Both the position numbers and the translations under genes were made by a program. A stretch of DNA of 64,000 nt from a virus: positions 96,862-160,861 of the IMG/VR virus record IMGVR_UViG_3300025687_000001; one strand, given 5' to 3'. Within the stretch, counting starts at the first letter, position 1, and every line of letters starts with the position of its first letter. The notes beneath the pieces are model-generated. The model ran no database searches, had not been told where the DNA came from, and saw only the letters and a program-made list of their open reading frames with translations. Below, piece after piece: positions 7,745 through 17,530 of the stretch.

Positions 7745-9027
7745 TGTTTCGGTTAACTGTTGACGCGAAGGGGGTTATTGTCGAGGCGGATGCAGCCGCC
7801 TCGCGTCTCCTCGAGAGAGAGCTTGTCGGCGTCTCTGTAGACGTCCTGGCCGGAGGAGACCACGCCCGTCTACGAAAAGCTGTTGCCCCGGACGAGGCCC
7901 GGCCAATGGCGCGGACGCTAAAGCTCGGTCAACGGTATGTGGACGTCGCGTTTGGTGCTGCCGACGTAAGCAGCAGCCGCCACGTTTGGGTCGCAGACCG
8001 AACAACAGAGACCACCGTGTTGCGGCTTTTAGAGCTTGGCTTGGATCTGGCCTGTACCGCAACAGACGGCTTACATTTTGATTACCTTTCTCCGTCCTGG
8101 GAAAAAACACTAGGCTGGTCGCTGGAAGAACTTCGAGCGCGGCCGTTTGTAGAGTTCGTACACCCGGAAGACGTCCCAGCCACAGCGGCGGTGGCCGAAG
8201 AGATGCTCGCTAGTCAAGGTGTGGTGCAGCTGTTCCGCAACCGCTACCGGCACAAGAGCGGTTCCTGGGTCTGGCTGGAGTGGATGGCGCGGGTCGCGGA
8301 CAACATGTTTTGGGCGAGTGCTCGCGACGTGACTCGTTTGGTCGAGGTCGAAGCTCGACAGACACGCACCTTACGAGAGATGGAGCAGTTCAGTTACGCC
8401 GCCGCCCATGATCTGAAGGCGCCGTTACGCCGCATTACCAGTCTCGCCAGGAGCGCCGTGATGGCGCTGGAAGCCGGTGATAACGAGAAGCTGGTCAAGC
8501 GGCTGGAGCAGATCGCTGCCGCCGGAGAAGACGGGTCCTCGGTCGTCGAGGCAGCGTTGGAGTACGCATGCCTCGGGGGCGAAGTCACGACTGCCCCGGC
8601 GGATGTGGAGGATGCCATAGGCGCAGCTCTGAGGCGATCGGGTGTCCTTCACGGCGGTGCCCCCCTTTCCGCTAAAGGTCCCGAGGGGGTCACTGTGCGG
8701 TACCACAAGGAGGGGCTCGTCGCGGCTATCACTAATCTGCTCGACAACGCGAAGAAGTACGGTGACGGTTCTGCCATCTCCATCACGTGGGACAATAGTG
8801 CGCACGGCGGTGCGTGGATTGCCGTGGCAGACCAAGGCCGCGGTTTCGACCCCGAGTGGGCAGAGCGGGTGTGGGAGCCGGCGTGGAGAGGGCATAGTGA
8901 CGTGGCAGGACACGGCTTCGGACTGGCCAAAGTACGAAAGCTGATTGAATCAATGGGCGGCGCCGTGCGGGCGTCGTCCCCCGGTCCGGGCAAGGGGGCC
9001 GTCTTTGTGATCGAGTTGGAGCTATGA
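7744..9027 (+). CDS. Cytoplasmic PAS-domain sensor histidine kinase
   Basis: PAS/PAC (SPSWEKTLGWS...FVHPED...NRYRHKSGSWVWLEW), H-box FSYAAAHDLKAPL, N-box NLLDNAKKY, G1 DQGRGFD, G2 GHGFGL. Confidence 0.93.
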   Translation: MFRLTVDAKGVIVEADAAASRLLERELVGVSVDVLAGGDHARLRKAVAPDEARPMARTLKLGQRYVDVAFGAADVSSSRHVWVADRTTETTVLRLLELGLDLACTATDGLHFDYLSPSWEKTLGWSLEELRARPFVEFVHPEDVPATAAVAEEMLASQGVVQLFRNRYRHKSGSWVWLEWMARVADNMFWASARDVTRLVEVEARQTRTLREMEQFSYAAAHDLKAPLRRITSLARSAVMALEAGDNEKLVKRLEQIAAAGEDGSSVVEAALEYACLGGEVTTAPADVEDAIGAALRRSGVLHGGAPLSAKGPEGVTVRYHKEGLVAAITNLLDNAKKYGDGSAISITWDNSAHGGAWIAVADQGRGFDPEWAERVWEPAWRGHSDVAGHGFGLAKVRKLIESMGGAVRASSPGPGKGAVFVIELEL

Positions 9028-9028
9028 A

Positions 9029-9466
9029 ATGGGTGGGTACGCAGAGCCGCTGCATGTAGTCGTCTGCGACGACGACGACGTGGATGCTGAGCTAATAGTA
9101 GAAGCGTTGGAACGTGAAAGTGTCGCGGACAGCTATACTCATGTAGACAGCGGTCCAGCACTACTTGCTTACTTGCGAGACCCGAAGACTCCGAGACCTT
9201 GCCTCATCCTGCTCGACCTCTCCATGCCGGGTATGAACGGTCACGACACCCTAAGGGCCGTACGCGGTGACCGCAGCATTCGCGACATCGTAGTCTGCGT
9301 TTACTCGACGTCAGGCGAGCTACGAGATGTGCGCGAGGCACACGAGATCGGCGTCCAAGGCTATCTCAAGAAACCAGGCACAGCACCGAACGAGACGGAG
9401 CGGGTGGTGCGCGGCATCATGGCGCACTTAGAGTACTTCATCCTGCCGCACCCTCCGAGGGTGTAG
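9029..9466 (+). CDS. Single-domain response regulator, Rcp1-like
   Basis: VVCDDDDVD, PCLILLDLSMPGMNG, VYSTS, GYLKKP. Confidence 0.9.
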   Translation: MGGYAEPLHVVVCDDDDVDAELIVEALERESVADSYTHVDSGPALLAYLRDPKTPRPCLILLDLSMPGMNGHDTLRAVRGDRSIRDIVVCVYSTSGELRDVREAHEIGVQGYLKKPGTAPNETERVVRGIMAHLEYFILPHPPRV

Positions 9467-9538
9467 TCGGACCCCCACTACCCCCCTACGCCCGCAAAAC
9501 CCTATACTTGCTGCACCAGACCATAGTGGGCGGTCAGT

Positions 9539-9847
9539 ATGCAGCGATTGTGGATGATTGCACAGGCAGATAACGGGTTTACCTGCTCTGACGTAACTGG
9601 GTCAACTAGAACGGTGCACGCCGGGGAACCCGCTGAGGCCTTGGCTGATTTGCTGTTTGAGCACTTTGAGAGCCTGTTCCGAACCAAGCACCGAGGCGGC
9701 CTGGTTATTCGCGTAGCGGGGCGTCGTACATCGGAAGATGACATCCTGGCAGCCGCCTACGAGGTAATCGACGCCCTGCCTCCGGAACTAAGAAGCCCTG
9801 TAGCTCGGGCGCTCAACCTGCTGCAGGGAGTAGACAGCGATGCGTGA
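9539..9847 (+). CDS. Hypothetical protein
   Basis: ORF coupled to the next gene. Confidence 0.55.
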   Translation: MQRLWMIAQADNGFTCSDVTGSTRTVHAGEPAEALADLLFEHFESLFRTKHRGGLVIRVAGRRTSEDDILAAAYEVIDALPPELRSPVARALNLLQGVDSDA

Positions 9848-11120
9848 AGACTTAGTAGCGACTGCTCGCGAGCTGTACGCACGCTACCAAAGCAGCCGAG
9901 AAGTAGCGCGCCGTATGGGCGTGCACAGGTCCACGGTCTCTCGTTGGTTAGCCGGAACGCAGGCCCCCACAGGTCCCACACAGACCGCAGATTCCTCGCA
10001 GCGCAAAGAGCTAAAAGACAGCATCGAAAACGGCGTACGCACTATTGAGTCCAACGATGTAGCTACGCTCGAGGACCTCTTGGCGGAGGCTAAGGTCGAC
10101 CTGGATGAGTGGTTGGTGGTCAAATACAACGTCGGCTACCACGTCGTAACCATCAAGGCCAAGCAGGCTGACGGTACACACAAACTCATCAAATCTAGGA
10201 ACCCTAAAATCAACGCGGTCCTAGAGCGCCGTCCCTCCTTCTTTGCCCCTGTTGTACGACCTGTAACACCACTAAAGCGCCGTGCAGTCCCGACCACTCC
10301 TGACGGAGTGGCACTAATTCTCCCGGACTCCCAGCACGGTTTTCGCCGCAAACCTGGCGGAGAGTTGGACCCTCTGCACGATGTACGCGCGTGCGACGTA
10401 GCCCTGCAGACCGCGGAGTTGCTTCAGCCGGATGAAATCGTGCTCTTGGGTGACATGTTGGATCTAGCCCCGTGGAGTTCGTACGCGCAGGAGCCCGAGC
10501 TCAAGTACACTACGCAACCCGCTATCGAGGCTCTCGCTGCCTGGCTGGGCGGCTTGAGGAAAGCGTGCCCCTCTGCGAAAATCACGTACCTCGAGGGCAA
10601 CCATGAGCACCGAATCATTAAGAAACTCAACGACGTACATGACGAAGCCTCTACTCTCCGCGGACCTGACTCAGACCTGCCTCTTCTTTCCATCCCCTAT
10701 TTACTATCTCTCAGCTCCTTGGATATCGACTATGTCGGACCGTACGGAGCTAGCTACTGGCTCTGGGGGGTTAGAATTCATCACGGCAATGTGGTCCGTG
10801 CACGCGGTGGGGACACCGCGGGGGCAATGTTAGCTCGAGCTACACACAGCCAGATCGTAGGGCACATCCATCGCCGTGAGGTGGCCTCCCGACGCATACG
10901 CACCGAGCACGGGCCGCAGACTGTTACAGCCCTAAGCCCTGGTTGCTTATGCCGGGTGGACGGCGCAGTGCCCCACAAGCAGGGGGCGGAGGTAGACTGG
11001 CAGCAGGGAATGGCGCTGGTCTACAGGCACGAAACTCGTGCTCAGTCTGTGCAACTCGTACCTATCAACGACGGCGTCGCGTACGTCCATGGGCACAAAA
11101 TTGAATCCAAAAACGATTAG
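9840..11120 (+). CDS. N-terminal HTH + calcineurin-like metallophosphoesterase
   Basis: HTH SSREVARRMGVHRSTVSRWL; motifs PDSQH, GDMLD, EGNHE, HHG, GHIH. Confidence 0.88.
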   Translation: MREDLVATARELYARYQSSREVARRMGVHRSTVSRWLAGTQAPTGPTQTADSSQRKELKDSIENGVRTIESNDVATLEDLLAEAKVDLDEWLVVKYNVGYHVVTIKAKQADGTHKLIKSRNPKINAVLERRPSFFAPVVRPVTPLKRRAVPTTPDGVALILPDSQHGFRRKPGGELDPLHDVRACDVALQTAELLQPDEIVLLGDMLDLAPWSSYAQEPELKYTTQPAIEALAAWLGGLRKACPSAKITYLEGNHEHRIIKKLNDVHDEASTLRGPDSDLPLLSIPYLLSLSSLDIDYVGPYGASYWLWGVRIHHGNVVRARGGDTAGAMLARATHSQIVGHIHRREVASRRIRTEHGPQTVTALSPGCLCRVDGAVPHKQGAEVDWQQGMALVYRHETRAQSVQLVPINDGVAYVHGHKIESKND

Positions 11121-11496
11121 CACTGTCCTCGGAGCGGTCACGGCTCTCTTTTTAGCCTGGTCTCAGCTAAAAGAAGTGCAAGTGCGCGCACAGAAGACGG
11201 CGATAGAAGTTGCAGGCGCTGCTCGCGCTGAAGCGCTAGCCACAGCTGCCCCCGTCACAAACGCGTGCGCTCGGGAGGTAGAAGCTCTTCGTGCCGAGTT
11301 TGACCTGGAGCGGCAGCTTCACATTAAGACCCGCATAGAGGTGCGTCGATTGCAGAGCTCTGCTCTGGTACGCCGGGACTCTCTGGAATGGGACGCTAGA
11401 GAGCTTCGCGAGGCGCGCGGCGAAGTATTCACCGGCCCCGAAGTTGACCTGGACTCACTGAAGCCTCCCGAGCGGGTCCTCCTGCCTAAGCTTTAA
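11089..11496 (+). CDS. Membrane-anchored coiled-coil protein
   Basis: TM ISTVLGAVTALFLAW followed by a helical charged region. Confidence 0.55.
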   Translation: MGTKLNPKTISTVLGAVTALFLAWSQLKEVQVRAQKTAIEVAGAARAEALATAAPVTNACAREVEALRAEFDLERQLHIKTRIEVRRLQSSALVRRDSLEWDARELREARGEVFTGPEVDLDSLKPPERVLLPKL

Positions 11497-11515
11497 TCTG
11501 GTATAAGCGGTTAGC

Positions 11516-11866
11516 ATGGAACCATGTAACTGCACCACTCGTCGTGTGGACCGACGCAGCACCTGCTCCAACGCAGTTGCGCTAAACCTGACCTACGGCG
11601 AATTCAATCTTTTCGGCGCCTGGCCTGAAGACACTGATGAGCAGCCTCTAGCTGGAAGCCTGACCGGCACCATGAGCCGTATTACACCGGCCAACCCCGA
11701 CTACGTTTTCATAGCGCGCGCAATGCTGCACGCCATCCTACGCAAGGGCTGGGTAGAGCGTATCAGCCCTTGCAAGGTTCGCATCACCGAGTCTGGCAAA
11801 GCTCTTCGCGAGCAAATCCGCTCTACGCCACACTGGCAAAAGACCGAGCCTAGACGAGAAGAGTAG
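11516..11866 (+). CDS. Hypothetical protein, possible winged-helix
   Basis: Preceded by GGTATAAG; LRKGWV...VRITESGK resembles a wHTH wing. Confidence 0.5.
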   Translation: MEPCNCTTRRVDRRSTCSNAVALNLTYGEFNLFGAWPEDTDEQPLAGSLTGTMSRITPANPDYVFIARAMLHAILRKGWVERISPCKVRITESGKALREQIRSTPHWQKTEPRREE

Positions 11867-11961
11867 TGGAGCTGACCCTGACAGACCCTGCCACCTTGTT
11901 CTTGGTGGTGGTTTGTTCCGGGTTGCTTGCTCGCGCGATCAGCAGCTATCTTGGCTGGTAG
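11866..11961 (+). CDS. 31-aa hydrophobic peptide
   Basis: MELTLTDPATLFLVVVCSGLLARAISSYLGW; start overlaps the previous stop. Confidence 0.35.
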   Translation: MELTLTDPATLFLVVVCSGLLARAISSYLGW

Positions 11962-11964
11962 AGT

Positions 11965-12014
11965 GCTGGGGGCTAGTTTGCCAGCTACGGGTACAACCCA
12001 AACTAGCCCCCAGC
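11965..12014. repeat. Perfect 16-bp inverted repeat
   Basis: gctgggggctagtttg / caaactagcccccagc with an 18-nt loop and no U-tract. Confidence 0.85.
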
Positions 12015-12115
12015 CGCTGGGAACTCGGACCGCGGAGGGACTAGGCGGGGGTGGGGCGACGCAGCGAGATACCCGTTAGCCCGCGACCTCCTACTATTTA
12101 GCTCAGGAGAATTAG

Positions 12116-12400
12116 GTGGCCCAGGACAGTCATCTAGGCATGTCTTCTTTCGAGAAACGCGAAGCACTAGGCATTGTTGTGCTGTTTGCTCTGCTGATGT
12201 CGTTGACCTGTAGCGTAATCACCTGCGGAACACCCAACAACACGGTCACTAAGTGCAGGGAGTGTAGTGTCGCTGCAGACTGCTACTACGGCGAAAAGTG
12301 CGGCTGCCCCATCGTAAGCGTAGGCGGCCGAAACCAGCGCCACTGCGGCGTGTGCGAGCCTAGCCTCTCCTCCGCTGAGAGCTACACCTGCGAGCTCTAG
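12116..12400 (+). CDS. Membrane-anchored Cys-rich protein
   Basis: RBS caggag; TM helix then ECSVAADCYYGEKC...CGVC. Confidence 0.6.
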   Translation: MAQDSHLGMSSFEKREALGIVVLFALLMSLTCSVITCGTPNNTVTKCRECSVAADCYYGEKCGCPIVSVGGRNQRHCGVCEPSLSSAESYTCEL

Positions 12401-12736
12401 TTTCTGGTAAAAGAAGGGGATGGAGACATCCACTTCGGCCTCGTTGGAGGCCAAAAAGAGACACACTAAAACGGAGCTAGAAGGTGGCTGACCCCCGCCT
12501 ACTCCACCCCCTAAACCGTCCCCCTCCAAGTCTGCGTAGCCTGTACTCGTTCACCGAGTTCGAGAAGCTCATCTACGCCGCCTCGTACGCTTCCTGGTAC
12601 GCCAGGGAGGTTGCCCAGCACGTGGACCAAGGCCGCGGCTACCCAGACTCTGGGTACCAGGTTCGGGCTGCTGAGGAAGCCCACACTCACGCTATAGATG
12701 CGGTCCTGGCTCTCCGCGCACAGGTTGCAGGCGTTG

Positions 12737-13090
12737 ATGAGTTCTAGCCAGCCTGACCCGGAGGACTTCGCTGACTTCGACATCGAGCGGGGTCCTCGTT
12801 ACACCCGGCATGCGCTGCTGCGTGCTAAGCAGCGATTCTCTGACCTACGCGCGTACAACGAAGACAGGATTCTTCGTGTTTTGGACGCAGCTCTGCTTGG
12901 AGGCGCCATAGTGGAAGACCCACTGCCCGGCACCTACCACGTCCGCAACCGTGCCTACGCCTGGTGCCCCGAGGAGCGAACTGTTACCGTTCGAGGACAC
13001 ATCAAGGGCAAAGCCGCGGACTTCATCATTGACCGTGACTCGGGCGTGGTGATTACCATCACTGACCCGTACTATGTGGAGCCTAAGTGA
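12737..13090 (+). CDS. DUF4258/RelE-like (BECR-fold) protein
   Basis: YTRHALLRAKQR N-terminal motif and C-terminal VVITI strand. Confidence 0.45.
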   Translation: MSSSQPDPEDFADFDIERGPRYTRHALLRAKQRFSDLRAYNEDRILRVLDAALLGGAIVEDPLPGTYHVRNRAYAWCPEERTVTVRGHIKGKAADFIIDRDSGVVITITDPYYVEPK

Positions 13091-16000
13091 GCAAGACCGA
13101 TAGCTACGCTACCCACCACGAAGGCGGGACGTACACTACCAACACTGACCCCGAAGAATGTGAGATCCTTCGTACTGCTGACACTGCTGGCACCGCCATC
13201 CAGGTCAACCAGTGGGACGTACGCCGACAGAACGGGCATTGGGCCTGGCAGCGCTGGCGGGGGCGTATGTGGCGCCTCACTGTGCTGCTGCTTCCGGTGC
13301 TGTACCTGACCTTCGCTCCCTTCGCTATGGTGGAGTTGGGCTTTGACGCTGGTTGGCGGCCCCTGACCGAGGAGAGCTTGTCCGGGGTTTGGATACGGGG
13401 GCTGCCTGCCACTTTCGCAGCAGTCTTCGTTAGCTTTTTCTGCTACGTAGTAGTGGTCCCGCTCTTGGGCGACCTCGCCCTCTGGGTCTGGAAGGGTTGA
13501 GGCTGTGTCAGCCCTAGGCAAAGCCTCGGCTATCTTGAAAGGCCAAGGGTGGGAGAACACCTTCACTGGAGCCATCCAGCACCCGAAAATCCACAGCATG
13601 GATCTTCCGGTGCACAAGAGCGTCTACGCCCACCCTGACGGGCGCGCCATGCACCTTCGGATGTTCTACAACGACTACGACACGGTAATCCTCGAGACCC
13701 CAGAAGGCCCCTCCATGCTGCACCACACGCAGCTTACTCGGGAGACGCTGTGCCCACACTAACCGACATGAGCAAGCCCCTTCAGGTACGCGTTGCTCGA
13801 GAGGACTTCCGCACAGACCCCGACGACGGGCTGTGCCCGTACCACTCTCTGTGCGAAAAGCGCGCGGGGCACCACGGACGCTGTGCTAACGGCAACCTGT
13901 CCTGGCTCACGAACAAGGCTCGCCCTGAGTTGTATTGGGGCGCTGACTTCGCTGATGCCTGGATGGAGCGCCACAAGCCGTACCTGAGAAAGAAGAAGCG
14001 CAAGTGACGCACGCCTGGCTTGCCAGCACGTACAGCATCTGTGGTCTACTGGCTTACTTCGGTATCCTGATGACCGCCGTGCTGGCTGTGCACCAGAACC
14101 CTCCCGCTACAAGTGACAAGGAGTCGCGTGGAGAGCAGATCGTGCTGCTCTTCATGCTAGCGCTGGTTTGCATGGTCACGTGGCCTTTGCTGCTTGCGCT
14201 GCTTCTTGGGAAAACCACAAAGGATGGGAGCCTGGATTGACTCCCTATCTTTCATAAGAAACCGAGATGAGTAAGATCAACCTCTGCATCCACCTCGTGG
14301 TGGATGGAAAACCTGTTTACAAGACCCAAACCGCTAGCGTCGAAACCACTCGCATGGCCAGCACCGTACTGCAGGTGATGGTCGACGAACTCTTCGCGAG
14401 CTCCGAGGAGTGGGACGACAGCGCTGTCGAGAAGCTGTTGGAGGCCGCGAAGGGGGCGGAGCCTAGCTCCTGCGACCACAGACCTTCTTGGGCCCCAGAC
14501 TTGGGCAAGATGTTCTGTGTGTATTGTGGCATGGCTTGGGACGTGCCAGAAGCCGCGGCGAACACAGAGCCCGCAAAGCCTCGCTACTGCTACACCCCCG
14601 CGGACTCCAGGTTTCACCGGCTGACCGCGGACAAACGCATAGCTTGCACTGGGGTGCCCAACCCCTCCGGCGGAGGCTACGAGGTGGCCTCGGTGTTCGA
14701 AGAATCTCTGTGTACCGAGCCCGAGTGCCGGGAAGGGTGGGAGAAGAAGTCCTGCGAACCACGGTGTGAAGACATCGTCACACATCTGGGGGAGGAGTGA
14801 GCAGCGCCCGCGCCGAGACCGGCGTAATGCAGTTTGGGGATGACTGGCCGGGATACTTCATCCGCGGCGACAACGTCATCCACATAAGGTTCGTTCTCAA
14901 GGGTCTGAGCGACGACCCGCCCGAAGGCATCGGGGTCCTGGAGTGGGCGCAGTTCCGCGCCGCCCTCGAGGACATGACCCGGTGCCTGCACAACGATAAC
15001 CCTGAGCAGAAGCTCAAGGATTGGAAAGATGTCGTCGCGGGTGTGGAGTAGCAAATGGCAGCCCACCACTCCGCCCGAGGGCAAGACTGACATCCCCAAC
15101 CACACTCGATACTGGCCACGCACCGCTAAATGCAGTTGTTGTGGCCAGCGTCGGGTTGTGTGGATGAACGACGAGAGCCGACAAGGCCCAGACGGTGTTC
15201 TCTACTCCAAACGTCCGGGGTGCCAGAAGTGCTGTGAGAAGGGGGCGTGGAGAGCGGTGGAAGAGACTAGCGATGAGTAAGAAGCTTAGCCTCCGCCTCG
15301 GCTGGAAGCGCAACGCCGGCCTCGTTTGCGTTGCCTACAAGGCCTACACTGTTCACCTTGGTGTGCAGCCTCGAGACTGGCTGTGGGGCCCTGCGTACAG
15401 CTGGTACGATGGGTCCCTCCTGGAGTTTGGTCTTGGGCCGTGGATGCACGCAAATTGGTGCGAGTGTGCCAGTGAACCTGGGGACGTAGAACCTCCTGGT
15501 TGGCTGCAGGACTGGGTGGAGAAGCATGGCTGCCGGTGAGTACGGGTTGTACGAGCATGTGGCTACCGGCAACCGCGACGGGTGGGTGTGGTCCTAGTGT
15601 CGACGCCCCCCGCACCGGTAAACCCAGGGGCGCAGCCTGCGTCTACCAACAACGCTAACCTCGCAAGAGGCTTCAAGAATTTGGAGATGGATTGCCCCGC
15701 CCACGACACCTCTTCCTAGCACTAGCAGCGTCAGCAGAGCTACGCACTGCTTTGGCTGAGAGCGACGCAAACCTGAAGCTCTCGGAACCCCTGGAAGCGC
15801 TGCACCTCGCTGCTTGCGTTGTGAAAACGCTCGATAGCCAGCGGGGGGCTCCTCTGACAGCCGAGGATTCTCGGCTGTACAGAGAGCTACGCTGCTTGCC
15901 CCGCAACCACCCCTTGCGCCCCAGGCATCGTAGCTACTAGGAAGCGGAGGCCTCGCCTCTCCTTCCTTTTATGTGGCACAAGATAAGGACATGTACGACC

Positions 16001-17512
16001 ACTACTTGTGGACAAAGGCACAAGAGAACATTCGGATCGCTCTCGGCCTACACCCACCGCACATAGTTTTTTGGATGTGGCACAGAGAGTGGGCTCCTGC
16101 GGGAGCTCGCGACTACCGCATCCTGCGAGCTAAGCTGGATCTCAAAGCATGCCAGGCAGCAGCCGCTACGATGCGTACCCAGGAAGACAACCTGGTGCGC
16201 TTATTTGATGAGACAGGGGACGCAGAGTTCCGCAGGAAAGCGGAGAAGCTGCGTAAGCATCGAGAGGGGGCGCTTACTCGGGAGTTGCGTCTAAGGCACC
16301 TGGCGCTGGGCTTTCTTCGGGAGAAACCGCGGTCTCTTGTAGCGCCTCGCGGGAGCTTTACGGGCAGACGCCGTGTGTGGTACTTAGTGCCCTCTGGAGA
16401 AATCCTCTCCTACGCGTACTTAGCCACTATGAACTGCAGTATGGTGGATACGGAGCACGGTCTACACGCAGACAACATCAGCGGCCACGTGACCACCTCA
16501 CTTAACTCCACTAAATTTTTCGTTAGAGCGCTAGACTCTTGGTTGAGAGAGACGTGAAATACCTCTACACAAACCCACACAAGGTCTATGAGTTTCTATC
16601 TAGGGCCCAGCACAAAGCTACTGCTTAAGACCACTGCGGGCGTCGGGGGCATCGCCATTCTCATTGGTGTAGTATAGCTGGAAGTACGTGCCTGGACTGT
16701 CTCACATTACGCTGCGAGTGCTAAACGCCACTCAGCTGCTCGAGCAGCTACTCGAGGCTAAAGAAACTTGCAGTAAGATCGAGGAAGAAGATTTTGAGGC
16801 GTACCTCTACCACCAAGCCTCCAGCAAACATGATATATAACAGCCACTACTACTCAGGAGAATCCTCCAGTGTCTGATATCGCTATTGATACCGCCGAGA
16901 CCCCGGCTCCGGAAGCCGAGTCGGGCCCTGCTCGTCCGGGTATTGCTCCTCCGCCTAACGGGACCCCCTGTGTGCTCACTGTCGTGTTCAAGGACACGCA
17001 CATCACGATGGAGCTGCAGACTCGGTGCTTCCAGGGGTTCAACCCCTTCAACGTTCCCGCTGTTCACGCTGCTACGCTGCGTCAGGGTGGCGGGGCTATG
17101 GTGTTCTCGCTCAACCCTGAGGGCACCGAAAGCGTGTCCTTTGAGTCCGAGAGCGTAGCCAGCATCTGGGCGCGGGTGCCACAGCCCAAGAGCGCTCCTA
17201 CGCCGATGCCTCAGCCCAAGCCTCGAGTTCGTAAGCGTAAGTGAGCCTTCCCAAGGCAGTTGCCGGAAGGGCGGCAGGGCCCTCGATGTACAGACTGTGG
17301 AGGCAAAATAGATGGGTAGCGAAGCGTCCCACACCCGGTACGTAGTGCAAGCCAAGGAAGGCTGGTACATCGCCGGAAACACGGAAAAGACGTTGGCTAG
17401 CTTAGGCAGAGCCCGGCAGTGGAGCACCAAGGCTGAGGCTGATGCCTGGGCTAAGCCCTACGGCGGCGAGTACCGCGTGCTAGAAATCACAGTCCACATC
17501 AAGGTTGCGTGA
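13087..17512 (+). CDS. Run of short hypothetical genes (13087-13500, 13505-13762, 13750-14007, 14004-14240, 14267-14800, 14797-15051, 15029-15280, ~15273-15539, 15692-15940, 15973-16557, 16870-17244, 17312-17512)
   Basis: Tightly packed same-strand ORFs with overlapping stop/start codons; several are TM or Cys-rich; no family recognised. Confidence 0.5.
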
Positions 17513-17530
17513 AACCTGGCACAAGAGAGT

